This document shows, in pieces, positions 44,100 through 58,602 of a stretch of 64,000 bases of DNA. Numbering within the stretch: the first letter of the stretch is position 1; every line of letters starts with the position of its first letter. The DNA is taken from assembly GCF_009914755.1 (NCBI RefSeq), contig NC_060927.1, one strand, 5' to 3'. The position numbers were made by a program, and so were the translations under genes. The stretch comes from the human T2T-CHM13v2.0 reference genome, Homo sapiens. Below the pieces are notes generated by a model. The model was not told the DNA's origin, did not search any database, and was given only the letters and a program-made list of their open reading frames with translations.

Positions 44100-44800
44100 A
44101 CAGCCTCCGCTCCTGTGAGGGCGTGGGGAAAACGGAGTGGGAGAAGGGGGCTAGCGAGGAGGAAGAGGCGGGAGGTGCGGCAGGGGCACAGGTGACGCTC
44201 CTCCCGCCTGCCTAGCAGAGCTCCAGGCGCACATCCGCAGTCAGCCACCTCGCGCGCGCCTCCAGGAGCAAGGATGGAGAGGCTGGTGAGCGGGGCCGGG
44301 GCTTGGGAAGGAGGGCGCAGGGCAGGCGATGTTGAGCCGGTGGCCCTGGGGCGGGCGGCGAGTGGAAGGCGCGGAGCTTCGGCTCTCGCCACAATCTGGT
44401 CCGGGGACTAGATCAGCGGTGTTGATGGCAGCGCTTTTCTCTAAGCGCTTTCTCTTGCTGAGAAACGGATTTTGCCTTCCAAAGGGTGGTTTACAGGCAG
44501 CTGCTGGCGTCCAGATTCTCCATTCCAATTGCCTGAAAAAAAGATGCACCAGGCCGGGGCTCCGGGGGCTCTTGATCCGCGCTGACGAAGCTGGCGCATC
44601 CTCCGGGCAGGCTCGGCTCGGCTCACTGGCTCCAGCTCCCAAAACTGGGGAGGCACAGCCTATTTTAAACTGCCCCCAAAAGGGAAAGAGAAATGCTGTA
44701 TTGGTTCCATATTGGCACCAAAAGCTGCGGCGGAGATACAGATTTCCAGGCTCGCTTTCTCCGGGAGAGCTCCTGCGTCTCCTCTTTGTTATGCAGCCCC
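44100..44800 (+). promoter_or_regulatory. CD200: CD200 CpG island / promoter and 5' UTR
   Basis: GC- and CpG-rich segment around exon 1; GC boxes; CAGGTGACG (E-box overlapping CRE half-site) near 44189-44197. Confidence 0.85.
44274..44285 (+). CDS. CD200: CD200 coding exon 1 (MERL)
   Basis: aggATGG Kozak context; ATG GAG AGG CTG|gtgagc donor; matches the CD200 N-terminus. Confidence 0.95.
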
Positions 44801-47003
44801 TTTCTCCCTCCTAGCCCTTGCCTGGGGGAAGCCATGAAGGATCAGTTAAAGCTGAAGCTACACTTGAGAGAGCTGAAATGCTCTGTGATCATAATGCTTT
44901 GAAGGGTTAACCCCGGGTATCTAGAGAAACAGACATTTTGTTTATTCGGAACCAGCTTACAAGACAAAAAACGGAGAAGGTTTTCATATATCCCATTGGT
45001 ATATGAAATCCAAATACAATGGTATTGGTATAAGAATCCAAATACAGTGAATGCCTCAAGATAATTTTTTCATGTATGGTTTGTTGGCAAGACCACATAG
45101 CCAATGATTTCACTGTCTTTCTTAACAAAGGAGAATGGTGTTCTGTGAGCTACGGTCTACTGCAAGCTAGATGCTGTTAATCTTCTTTGTAACTATCCTT
45201 CTAAAAATGAATTATTACCTCGTTTTACACATAAACAGGCGGAAAGGCTGATATTTCCAAGTCCTTGTGACTACATGTGGGGTAATGTGGATTTGGACAT
45301 AGAAACTTGCTGAGGAAGAGGCATGAATAGGGGCAATATAGCTACCAGGTGGGCAGCTGTCTGGTAAGACCCAGGTTTTTGTGAACCCTGGACTGCATGG
45401 CAAGGGTTATAAGTGGGCTTCTTTGTTTTCAGGACTGTAGTTCCCCCTATATGATTTGATCGATTAATTTTTTTAGCTACCTAACACGTATTGGCATTTA
45501 CTATAACCTAGGCTCTATACTAAGTGCTTTAATTGCCTAATTCTCATAATAACTATGTGAGATAAGAGCAACATTTATTTAGTGCTTATTTCTACTGGCA
45601 GTATTCTAGGAGCTTTATATACTACTTCATTTAGTCTTTTTAACCATTAGATTGGTACTATTACTTTTCCGGAGTCTCAGAGAGGTAAAATGATTTCTTT
45701 TGCTCACAAATCTAGTATTTGTTTTAGCCCCGGTCACCTCCCTGTAAACATATAAATACTGTTGTTTTCAGATTGGTCATATTTTCAGTTATTCTGCACA
45801 GACTCGAGGAAAAAAAAAACCTGTAAAATAAAAATACGTATCTATTTAAGAGTAAGGCTTTCCTTCTGATTTCCTTTGCCTCAATCACTGTGTTTTGTTT
45901 CTTAACATTGCTGGCTCCCAGTCCACAATATATGGTTTGGTATGTATCTGCTTTCTCTCTTGTCTTAAAACACAGATTTTCTCTATGAGAGCTTGTCCAT
46001 TCTGCATTCTTCATCATGGCCTCTGGTAGAGCCTGGATTTCCACGTCAGAGAAGCCTAATGGTTTAAAAAATATCACATAGAATTGGAATGCCAGTATCT
46101 GTCTCCACAATTGCCTTAGCTGAAAATAAAACAAAATGTGTTGGGTGGGCACTGGCAATGGAGCCTGAGGAAATATTTGGCCTGATTTTTTCTGACTTTC
46201 CTAGATAATTAGATAGGATGGAACAGTCTCAGTAATACTGAGAAAATTATCGAGTTATATATTTTTTTTCACTTCAAAACCAAAGCCTTTGTGAGTATAA
46301 TACCCAGCAGTGGATGGGCAGGGTGAGCAGATCTTTGTAGGCTGTATGTATTCAGGCAGCTGAACCATCTTGGGTTTCTCAAAGAGCAGTGACTATGTTA
46401 TTAGTCTTAGACCTATGAAGACAGGAAGAGAAGTCACAAGGAAGGGATAGCATGCTTATGGTATGCTTGGGTATCGAATAATAAAATATATCTGCAAAGA
46501 ATAATTTGTCCTAATGGCACCTTCAGATGATATAATCTTGAATTCTCTGTAGCCTTAGAGATGTAAGGAAAAAGCAACTTACATCACAAAGATCAGTATT
46601 ACTGTGTACTATGATGCCACTGCATGGGGTCCAGGATGAGAGTCTAAGTGATTGGTTCTCTCTAGCTGAAGACAAGAAGACACTCAGGTATGTGGCAGCA
46701 CTTGGGATAGGCCACAGGGCGGCGAGACATCATTCCTTCCAGGACATCTATCCTGAAAGATCCATCAGGAATACTGTGATGGAGATAGTGATGGAGACTC
46801 CTTGTCTCTGGCAGTTAGAGTGAATGCTGAAGAAGAGCCCTTTTCCAGCAGGCCAGTCTCTAACATGATCTTGGGTCTTCACCCAGACCATGACAGCTCT
46901 GGTGCTCAACACACACAACCACCTCCAGGGTACAAGTTGGCCCCAAGAGAGCTGAGACAATATTGGCTCTAATTTTTATCATCTCATTGATCTCAAACCA
47001 CAG

Positions 47004-47078
47004 ACTCTGACCAGGACAATTGGGGGCCCTCTCCTTACAGCTACACTCCTAGGAAAGACCACCATCAATGATTACCAG
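47004..47078 (+). CDS. CD200: CD200 alternative in-frame cassette exon (TLTRTIGGPLLTATLLGKTTINDYQ)
   Basis: cag|ACT...CAG|gtaatt; 75 nt, phase 0-0; matches the recalled long CD200 isoform insert. Confidence 0.85.
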
Positions 47079-48824
47079 GTAATTTTCTACCCCTACCTAT
47101 GAAGGGACTTGGTTAGTAACTTCTCTTGCTAGAGGAAAAATGAAGCTTATTATATAAGATTAATGTTTGTGAAACACCTGTTATTTGGAATTGGTTTGGT
47201 ACTTCCTCTTGAAATTTCCCTCATTAAGTTTAGGTCGTGGCTGTTTCATAAGGAAAGAAAAGGGCATGTATTGACTGGAATTAAAATTAACAAATCCATT
47301 GAGTAGGAGGATATTAAAATTGAGTGGCTCCCATTGGACAGGAAAAGGAAGAGAAATCCTTGTGGCAGGTAAAGGAGGAGAGATTTAGATCCTTGAGAAC
47401 TCCATTCCCGACCCGCTGCTCCTGAGCCCACAGGAAGAAGGCCATCACAAGACAATAAAAATCCCAGAGAAATTGAAAGGCAAACAGAAAGACCCAGCTT
47501 GGAGTGATAAGGAAAATGAATTCCAGCAGGGAAGTCATTGTATCTAAAAGGAATGGCAAAAATAGGGCTTAGTTAAGGCAAACACCGAGAATGAGGGGAT
47601 GGGATTCCCACAGGTAGAACACCACCCTTTAGCAATGATCCTGACCCTAAAGCAAGGTCATTTAAGTGATTATGGGCCAATATTCTAGAAATAAGCTTCA
47701 AATTATAGTAGCAACAGATGGGGCTAAACAGGAGCCGATAAGAACATACAACTTCAGAAAGGGATGCCCGTGATGGGTTCATTAAGGAAAAAGTGGTCAG
47801 GACATCCCGCTAAAGCAACAGGATTCAGTGGATATTGAGGTTCTTGGGGGGCAATGAGACAGGCACCAAGAGACCACTACTTTATGGAAGACTATGATCA
47901 TACTGCTAAATACCATAAAAGAATAGACAGAGCCAAATAAGAGACTGTTTCTAATGAAACAAGCAGACAATGTCCCAACCTCAGGAATTTAACTCAGTCT
48001 GAGAAAGAAGAGTAGTTTCAAAACTGTCAAGCCTGCTTTAGTGCTATAATTTTTTTCACTGACAAGAGAGAATGAAAGACTGATAGCTGGGGGAGTGGCG
48101 GGGGGTGAGGGGTGTTGACAGGTAGTAAGCATGCTGGAAACAGTGTCTCAAGGTGTGGGGTGTATGGTGGGTATATTTGGGAAGTAGTCATTTTCTCTCA
48201 AACTGGAAAGCAGATGGGTGTGTTCAGACAAGATCTGGAAGCTGTGGCATGGCAGACAAAGGGAGATGGGACCCCTTTGGCACTGGAGGAAGAGGCTTGA
48301 ATCTTCTTGGAGCACTAAAAGTTCCAAAAGACCTAAGCAGAAAATGCTTCCGAAGAGGAGGATCTGTATGGCAAGATGACTGTAATCAGGCTCATAAAAG
48401 TAAGACCTTACATAAATACAAGTGAGGGGGAAGACATTTCATGTAGGAGGAATGGCTCAAGCAAAAATACCAAGGCGGGAAATTGCGTGGTGCGTTTAGA
48501 AGTAGAAAAGGCTAGCTGGCAGGGAGGGGATACATAGGAAGGCAATGGAAATGAATTTGCAAGAATGAAAACAGGCTAAGAACTTTGAACAATTTTCTCT
48601 AGATAGTTAGGGGCTATAGAAGAGGATGGCATCTTGTACAAAGAGGAATTTAAGGAAAATTAATCTGTCAATAGTGTGTAAATACATAAGCTGGATAGTA
48701 AACTTAACTAAGTTAGGGACTATATCTGCCTTATGCACCATTGTCTCCAAAGTACCTACCATAGTGCCTGGCATGAAGTCAGACTCAATAGAGATGATTA
48801 ATAATAGAATAAATGAAAGAAGTA

Positions 48825-49151
48825 TAGTTGTCCCTTGGGACCCATGGGGGCTTTGTTCCAAGACCCTCACAGATACCAGTTGGTGGATGGTGCAAGTCCC
48901 TTATATGAAATGCTGTAATATTTGCATATAACCTATGCATATCCTCCCATATATATAAACTCATCTCTTGATTATTTATAATTTTAATACAATATAAATT
49001 CTATATAAATAGTTCTTATGCTGTATTATTTAGGCAATAATGACAAAAATCTGTGTTTGTTCAGTGCAGATGCTTTTTTAAAAAATATATTTTCCATCTG
49101 TGGTTATCTGAATCCACGGATACAGAACCAACAGATACGGTGGGCCAACTA
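48825..49151 (+). mobile_element. MER2 (intact)
   Basis: Collinear with the split copy 12174-12313 plus 20599-20806; terminal inverted repeats. Confidence 0.88.
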
Positions 49152-49904
49152 TACGGGCAAAAGTTCAGTTCCAATAGAAGACAAGACTACTGCACAAAAC
49201 ACCTAGTGTTATGAGCTGAGACTAGGGTGGTAAAGAACAGACACTTCACATGGGTACCAAGGAACAGACACTTCACATGCGAGAATCTAATGTGTAAAGT
49301 GACTAATTCCATATCTAGGTAGGGGAAAAATGATTCATCCTGGACGACTTGAGTGCCTGGGAGATAAAAGTACAAAAAAGTAGCTGTTTTGGGTAAAATG
49401 ACGATTAATTTGATGTTATTCATAAATTTAATTATTCAGCATTCCTTCATGTTTTTTTTATTCAACTGACAGCATCTTAGGCAGAAGGAAAGATAAAAGA
49501 ACTAATGTAGGAAATAGCTTGGTAATTTCAAGTCATTGAAAGAATGGTGAAGTGGAGCTTGGTGTTCAAGGTGGAAAGCACAGTGACATGAGATTGGATA
49601 GCATGTTTGTAGGTGCTGAGCTGCAGGTAGTGACAGATGGGGTCATGCTTTATTACTAGCAGAGCTTCTAGACAATGACTCAATGGCTTTCAGAGATTCC
49701 TTGGCTCTGTGGAAACCGGTTTAAATGCTTTTTAAAAACAGCTTCAAAATTGAATTTAACATTGTTGCAGGGCAATGAAGCAGGGATTGCTGTGTGAATA
49801 GCAGTTTGGTAATTCCTCACAACGATTTGGTCATAGGCAATAACAATGTACTTTTGTGACGATGTGTCAAAATTTTTAAACCAACAAAACTTTATACATA
49901 GGGG

Positions 49905-50165
49905 AGGCAAGATAGTGTGGTAATTATGGTTATGAGCTCTGAAACCAGACTGCCTGGGCTTAAATCCCTTCTCTGTCACTTCACAGCTGTGTGACCTTGG
50001 GCAATTTACTTAACTTCTCTGTGCCTCATATTCTTTATTTTGAAAATGATGATAATAATAGTGCTTCCTATATAGATTATATGAAATATTGGATGAAATG
50101 CTTTATCTCAAGTGCTAAGAACAGTGCCTAGTACATAATAAATGTTAAATAAATGTTAGCATTAG
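49905..50165 (+). mobile_element. MIR SINE
   Basis: Core gctgtgtgaccttgggcaatttacttaacttctctgtgcctca. Confidence 0.85.
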
Positions 50166-51958
50166 TGGTTTAGTAACCTTATGCAAAATATAAGTTGGAG
50201 TATTATTTTAATGTATCATCTGGTGTGATTTTTTATTCCAGTACTTTATTTTTGTCCTCTGGTCTTTCAAATCAGACAATTAAGCTTCCATTGCCTTAGA
50301 GAAGGAATACTAAGCAGAAAATAAATTTTAGTTTCAAAAGCCAAAATTTTGCAATACCAAGAGCCTTGGCATTCCAGTTTCAAAAGACTAAATGCTAAAA
50401 GACCAAGGATATAATGTTCATGCTAGAAAGGGTTGATTGGATGAATGCAGAGTGATGGAGGAACTAGCTTTTCTGGCTCAGGGAGATAAATATTTTGTAG
50501 GCTGGGAGAGCAAAATGGGACTGATTGATGTCTATGCTCAGATACCAGTTTGCATCCCCAAAATAAGGCCCTGTGTCCAGGCCCCAGACATGGGAAGTTC
50601 AGGAGAGTAGAAAATAGAACCTGCAAGTAGTTGTTGAGATCCAAGAAAAAAATAATACCTGTGTCTCACAGTCCCCTAAAGGGACTGTAGGAAGCAGCAT
50701 GCTTGTCCATCATGGCAAGTGAACAGTAAAACAGAGATGGATTGATACACAGGAATTTAGGCAGAAAGCCTTGTAGAATTTTCTTTCATCCAGCACAAGG
50801 GGAACCCAGGGACAGCCTGGAAGAACATGAGCAAGCACCAGTTCATCTTGTGAGCAATAATTGCACAAACTAATGACAGTGATGACTTGAGGGGAACACA
50901 GCCATTTTAGCCAATGCTAGCATAATAGATGGTTGTAATCAATGATTAGCAGTCCTGTCTCATAGCTGGGCATTTTGTGAACCCCCAGGAATGCAGACGC
51001 AATGCTAGAGATTGGGACAATTATGGGGTATTGTGGTGGTGAGAGACCGAATTGACAGAGATTATGCAACATTGACTGGAAGTAAATTCTTATCTCCAGT
51101 TGGAATAGTAACATGAAATAAAAATAAAGTTCAGTTAAAAACAGATAAAAGTTACATTTTTTAATCATCTCTATTATGAAAAATAGAAATATAGAAAAAA
51201 TAAAGGAAAAAGTTACATTTCTTTCCTTTGCCCCTTAGTATGAACATACATACAGACCAAATGAATGGATCCATGGCACTATTGCAGAGAAAAGTTCAAC
51301 TGCCTCTACCCTGACTTACCATTTTATAGAAGGATGATGCCCAGAATAACATTATCTTAAATACTCCCAAGATTTATAAGAAGGCCGAGGATTTCTGCCC
51401 AGACACATGAAAATAAGGCAGCGAAGGAAAAAATTAAAGCCAGTACTGCTTTTTAAAACATGCGGTTTATATGTAAGACTTGCAGAATTAAAATCAACCT
51501 CAACAAAATTCAAGGCAGTCAAATAATGTTCTTGAAAAGTGGTTACCCTCTGAGTTACATTTTTAACATTAACAGACATGGATTTTTTGGGAAGTGGATG
51601 CTGTATAACATTTGTATTCTCAGCATTTTCTGTATTTATTTAAGCCAGTTTGTTTTCCCCAGTGATCCTATGTCTTTGAGACCTCGCTCTTGACAATGGT
51701 GGCTTCAGGAGCAAGGCCCCAAATTGCCAGGCATTGCTATTGTGTTGAAGCCACGCTGCTGCTTTTCCCTCCTCATATCCTGAGCATGCTTTATTATTTC
51801 TTCCATTTATAACCTCTAGTTCTGCTCCCACAAAACCAAAATTCTCTGGGGGGTAAAAACTTAGCTACAACATTCCCTGAAATAGCGATTAGATTGAAGC
51901 TTCCTTGGATTTGTCCAAATCCAAACCCCCATTTCTGTACTTTGCTTTCTGTCTTCAG

Positions 51959-52040
51959 GTGATCAGGATGCCCTTCTGTCATCTGTCTACCTACAGCCTG
52001 GTTTGGGTCATGGCAGCAGTGGTGCTGTGCACAGCACAAG
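51959..52040 (+). CDS. CD200: CD200 signal-peptide exon ([27 protein letters not shown])
   Basis: Pyrimidine tract, ttcag|GTG...CAAG|gtaaag; 82 nt. Confidence 0.96.
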
Positions 52041-53257
52041 GTAAAGAAACTCAATTCCCCTGCTTGGAGCCCAGCAAACACAATTTCTGGGGTGAAGACA
52101 TTTAGCCAGTATTGTTTGTGCTGTGCTGGTTCCATTTGTCTGCATGAATTATTTAAGCATGTAATCTGCCTGGAGGAGTGGACGTGGTTCTTTTCTGCTT
52201 TCCACACTTTTGTTTTCGATGTAGAAGCACACTTTGATATTTAGAAGCCGTTTCCATAGTAGATGAACCAGACTTATGAAAAAATCCTCTATTTTAAAAT
52301 GTCATTTTTCACTTACTGAATTGAATTACAAATAATGATTTCCTCTGTTTTTAAATATATGGGAATGCTTGAATTCAATCTTTTTGGAAAGTAATCTGGC
52401 AGTAAGCCTTAAAATTGGATGTGTTACCTTTTTACAGAAAAATGTAGAAAACAACGAAATGTAGAAGTTATATAGGCTCATATTATCTATTGTATAACAA
52501 ATTTGGTTGTGCCATCTACTTATCTACCGAAGTTCCTAGCTCTTCCTCCTCAGTTCCTTGGGAGGCCACACTCACTTTACCACTGGCCTTTTCATCACTT
52601 GCAGTGTGATGTTGCTCAGCATCAGCCTCCACAGATGTGGGTGATGCTGGTGAAGATCAGATAGGCTTCATGCCCATCTCCAACTCTGGTCCACAACATT
52701 CATCACAGGACTTATCAACTGACCAGAGGAATCTAAGTGAGATTCCATAGAGGTAGCAAAGAATTGTAAATTTCCCCTAAATGATTTCTTCCATAGTCAA
52801 AAAGAAAAAAAAAACTCATCTAAGAGTTGAACTCTAGTTTTGAGTTCCCTTTCACTCTGCCTTCTAAAAGCAGTAATTTCTTCAAATCTCTGGTCTGCAA
52901 AATCTCAACAAACTTTCAAGAAGTCTCAATCCTAGCAACAGATAGTTTCCCAGAACTTTTCACATCTTCCAAGAGTATACATCATTTAGTTTTGAATCAT
53001 GCAATACTCAGGGGTTCCAGCCTGTATTTGTTATACCCATCTTTCATTCCCTGATATTGTGGGGGAGTTGCTTGTTTACTCAGCCTTCTTTTTTTTTCTA
53101 CTTATACTTGTCAACATTTTATCCAGATTATCAGTCTTTAAAAACAAGTCTGGATGCTTGTGATCAAGTTTACATTTTGTGTACCATTTTATTAGTGTCT
53201 TTATCTTTATTAATTCACTGCGATATTTGAAAGGGAGGGTAGGAGGTTTGGAAGTAA

Positions 53258-53824
<567 letters not shown>

Positions 53825-54049
53825 TAATAATTTATGATTTTTTCTATGCTTTCTGGTGTACCTAAGACTTAAAAGAAGTATGTAAATTTCTAATTTTATT
53901 GTATTATGAACGGTGTTCAAGGCCATACGTAGGGTAGCAACTTTTTTGTAGCCTATTTTGAGTTCAATTTGGAGGAAGGTTTTATGTGTGTTTTGAAAAG
54001 ATTATACATCCTTTCTTTGAGTAAAGTGTGTGTGTCTGTGTGTGTGTGC

Positions 54050-54222
54050 GTCTTATGATATCTTTATTCATTTAGTATGAGTTATTGGGTTTGTAAAGTT
54101 TATTATTTCTCTTTCATTGTATTGACTTTCTCAAAAGTTTGGCTATTTGTTATTATGTTGAGATTTTCCATCAAATAATCTATCATAGTATGAGTTGCTA
54201 ATATTGGAGAAGGGAAGAAATT
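54050..54222 (+). repeat. 173-bp local duplication, copy 1 (copy 2 at 55208-55380)
   Basis: Ungapped direct repeat at 1158-bp offset, about 8 mismatches by eye. Confidence 0.93.
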
Positions 54223-54354
54223 TATATTTATACACACACAGAGAGAGAGATCTACATACATATAAAGTATATAGTGTATATAATATAAACATATAAAACA
54301 TTGATAATATTAAATACCTAAAGTATATATATAAATATATATTGTTTTTCAAAT

Positions 54355-54646
54355 TTTCTTTTCTTTGTGACATGGACTTACCTTGTCACCCAGGCTGGAG
54401 TACAGTGCTGCAATCATTGCTCACTGCATCCTTGAACTCCTGGCCTTAAGCAATCTTCCTGTCCTATGCTCCTGAGTAGCCAGGACTACAAGTACATGAC
54501 GCTACGGCTGGCTAATTTTTACATTTCTTGTAGAGATAAGGGTCTCATCTCTTGCCCACGCTGATCTTGAACTCCTGGCCTCAAGTGAGTCTTCTACTTT
54601 GACTTGCCAAAGCACCAGGATTACAGGCATCAGCCACTGTACCTGG
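54355..54646 (-). mobile_element. AluJ
   Basis: Diverged reverse Alu. Confidence 0.85.
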
Positions 54647-56006
54647 TAGTTTTTCAAATTTCCTATTTAACTTTTTTTCCTTTAACAATTGTTTAAATAT
54701 ATTAAATTGAAGGTTCTCGGTATGATTGTGAATTTAAATTTTTTCTTTGTAATTCTATTAGTTTTGCTTTATATATTTCGGAGTTATGTTGTTAGGTGCA
54801 TAAAGGTTTATGATTACTATAATAGATCTGATTTTAGATTGTTCCTTTTATCATTTTGAAAAATACTTTTTCCCTTCTTACAGTGGTTTTGTCTTCCATT
54901 CTTTTTTTTCTCTCCTTTTAGAAGTCTTACTGAACTGATTTTGGAACATTTAAGTCTACTTATTGAATTTTTCCTTAATCCCTTCCATATCATTATCTCT
55001 TTGTGCTACATTCTAGAATAATTTCATGGCCTGTTCTTACTTTTTACTAATTTACTCTTCAGTAGCATCTATTTTGCTAAGTCAGCCTATCTGTTGCAAT
55101 TTTATATTCCTCATTTTCTATATCTCTAATTTCTACTATTCATAATGCTTTTATTATGCTTTTATTACACTTATATCATCACATGTATTCATGTCAAAGT
55201 ATTTATTGTCTTATGATATCTTTATTCATTTTGTATGAGTTATTGGGTTTGTAAAGTTTATTATTTCTCTTTCATTGTATTGGCTTTCTCAAAAGTTTGG
55301 CTATTTGTTTTTATGTTGAGATTTTCCATCAAATAATGTATGATGGTATGAGTTGCTAATATTGAGGAAGGGAAGAAATTACCACCATAGCATTTAGTGA
55401 AAGCAGAGGGTGTGTAAATTATTATTTGTGTGCCAAAGCTTCAAGATCCTCCAGAACATTGTCCCATAAATCTCTTTACCTATGTTCCTATATACACTCT
55501 TGCTTCCTGGAGGCAGACACCTCTGTTCCACCTGCTTCCTTTGTAGATTGTGTATGTGTGTGTGTTTGTGTGGAATGCATAGGGCTGCTCCATCTTCTTT
55601 ACTTACAGTGGTCACTCTGCCTGTTATCCTTTGGCCTTTTCCTGCTCTTTGCTTCTACTTCTCCAAGCATGGACAAGATTGGTGAAGCTGCTATCCTACC
55701 TGGCAGTTTACATCTTCAATCTCATTGTACCTACTTCGCAGCTTACACAGATCATTCACAATTTCTTGTAACTGAGAGTTGCTCTCTTGTTTTTCTACTC
55801 TGCTACTATTCTTTAAAGATTGAACAAACATATTTGAACCTATATATTTCTCTGGCATCACGTAGGAATGTAAATAAATGTTTTCTTTTTTGCATTTTCT
55901 CTTTCTTTTCTATATTTGACATTGAATATACATTTTATTTATAATCAGGAAAAAGTGTATGTGTGTTACAATCTTTAAATATAAATGTTCTTTTATGATT
56001 CCATAG

Positions 56007-56333
56007 TGCAAGTGGTGACCCAGGATGAAAGAGAGCAGCTGTACACACCTGCTTCCTTAAAATGCTCTCTGCAAAATGCCCAGGAAGCCCTCATTGTGAC
56101 ATGGCAGAAAAAGAAAGCTGTAAGCCCAGAAAACATGGTCACCTTCAGCGAGAACCATGGGGTGGTGATCCAGCCTGCCTATAAGGACAAGATAAACATT
56201 ACCCAGCTGGGACTCCAAAACTCAACCATCACCTTCTGGAATATCACCCTGGAGGATGAAGGGTGTTACATGTGTCTCTTCAATACCTTTGGTTTTGGGA
56301 AGATCTCAGGAACGGCCTGCCTCACCGTCTATG
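56007..56333 (+). CDS. CD200: CD200 IgV-domain exon
   Basis: atag|TGCAAGTG...TATG|gtgag; [19 protein letters not shown]...[27 protein letters not shown]. Confidence 0.98.
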
Positions 56334-58602
56334 GTGAGAATCTCTGAGAATCATTGTCTGTGTCTGGAAATACTATTTGCAAGAATGTTTGGAATATAGC
56401 CGTAGTGCCCAGTTTTTCAGGATTTTAACCACAGAAAGGGTCATGAGAAGATAGCCTTTCTTGTCTACTATAGCTGTGTTTATGATTATTTGGAGAGTTC
56501 ATGGGGCTACACTGAGTTCTTTGGCTGGAGCTATCTTTTCTCTGAGGGATCCTGCTGTCAACAGGAGAAATTTGAGGACAATGGTGAGGGCAACAAGTTC
56601 TCCATAAGCAGTGATATGATTCAGACCTGGCTTTGCCACTAGCAATCATGCGACCCTAGAAGGGTCCTATCCACTCTCCACTGGAGTTTCATTGTCTGGA
56701 CAATAAGTGTGAAATAGATCATTTCTAGGGTCACTTACAACTTCAACTTTTTGGATCTAAGGACAGAGCCAGATTGGACTAGCCTTGAGCCAGTTATGAT
56801 TGTCCTTCTCATTTTGCTTGGGGAGATAGCTCTTTCAGGATTGATAAGGGCACATAGAGCAGAGCCTTTTCATACCTGAAATGATGCCAACTAAAGATAT
56901 AACTGGGCAAGAGCATTCTTTTAAAATCCAAGAGGCTTAGTTTGATGAGATTCTTCTTAACTGACACACAGCTGAGATGAAAGGTTACGAAGTGAGAATA
57001 AGAGATTACTTTGGAGCATGGCACACACGGCAGTAGTTTTAGGGAGTAGAGGACAAACTTATGGTTATTAGGAATATTAAGGTGAGAGTTTACTCATGCC
57101 AATAATATTGCCCACAGGGAAGAAAAGGCTTAGTAGATGAGAATGCAAGGGAGATAGGACAATGCCAAAAGAAATTTCTTTTACTTATTTTGCCTATAAT
57201 GAGTCCTCTCTGTAGAATCTTATGTCGTTTCTTTCTTGATTTCCACTTCTTTCATTCTCTCTTTTTCTGTTTCTCCTCCCTGTCTCCTTCCTTCCTTTCC
57301 TCCCTCTCTGCCTTCCTTTCTTCTTTCCTTCCTCCTAATTTTTCTTTTTTTCTTGTGTCATATTTTTCTCATTTCTGTTCCTTTTTATTCTCTTCCTCTT
57401 TTCCTCACCTTTCTTTCTCTTAGTCTCCTTCCTTCACTCATAGACTTTTGTATTTTTTTTTCCTGAAAAGCAGATGTCTCTGAGCTTTAAAGCTAGTAAT
57501 TCTGTTCTCTTCCACACTGACCTTTTCCATCCACACCTTATAACTTTCATGTAAGCCATTCTTTGATACATCATAGGACCTCAACACTCAGTCTGGCCCA
57601 TCAACCATATTCATGTTTTTTCATTTCTATTTCCCTTCTTCCAGCGCTCACAGACATTAGTAATCTTAGCCAGAGCCACAGTTCCATAGCCCTACTTCCC
57701 CAACCCAGTGTCTTCTACCTGCCTCTTGAACCTATAAGCACAGCCCAGGCTTTCAGTTAGCACTGCCATTTAATTATCTTGTGGGCTCCAAAGCCAACCA
57801 CAGAAAGACAAGTTTACATCTGCTTAGAAAAGAAAAATTCTATATTCCAACAAAAATGAACTCACTAGTCAGGGGATTTTCAAAAGGGTACAGGCTACAG
57901 CTGGCCTGAAAATAATTTTCTCATGAGCTAGTTATTTTTTCTTAACTTAATCAGGTGATTTCCAGTGCTCTTCCAACAGTCATTTCTTAATTTTTATGGT
58001 TATTAGCTACGAATTCCAAATTTTGGTTTTGTGTAGCTCTTCCAAAAAGGGATTTTCCAGCTCTCCTCCATGCGTCTAATTCACTGGTCCAGCTCCAAGA
58101 AGAAAATGGCTATCTCTAAGCAGTAGCCTTTCTATGGGCTCTCTGTTCCAAAACTGCCCTAGTGCCTCTGATAGGTACAGGACACATGTATGGCAGTGCT
58201 GGTTGGTGGTTATTGTCAAGCCATTTAAGAGGAATACCCAGAAGAAGGCAGAGATGCTGCATTGCCCCTGGAAGAGAACAGAATAATTAGGACTGTTTGG
58301 GAGAGAAAAGTATCATCTGACTTCTCAATACTCTATGTCCATCTGACAAATTCTGCTACAGACAAATTACAGAAAGGGTCTTTCTCATCACAGGTTTGTA
58401 CTAGGCCAGTCTCCATCCTGCAGATCAGAAAATTAGACACAAGAGGAACTGGAAAGTCCCCAGTTTGGGTAGGATATGCCATGCTATCTTTCTAGCCTCC
58501 ATTATCTTTCTATAAGCATATTTCCTTCATCTCTCTGAGGAGACTGCAGGACTCAGATCAGGTGCTTAACTGATAACAGATCATATTTATTTTTTGTCCC
58601 AG

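Noticed and set aside
44078-44902. Several overlapping 100-160 aa ORFs on both strands
   Set aside because: Expected in stop-poor CpG-island sequence; no recognisable domain; overlaps CD200 exon 1 and intron 1.
49235-49279. 18-bp direct repeat with spacer (also 23-bp tandem at 41020-41073 and short tandem at ~22292-22325)
   Set aside because: Only 2-3 units; ordinary slippage duplications, not a CRISPR-like array.
55426-55944. 172-aa intronic ORF
   Set aside because: Non-ATG start, includes a (TG)n repeat, no recognisable homology.
57230-57440. Pyrimidine-rich tract yielding Phe/Ser/Leu ORFs
   Set aside because: Low-complexity intronic sequence.
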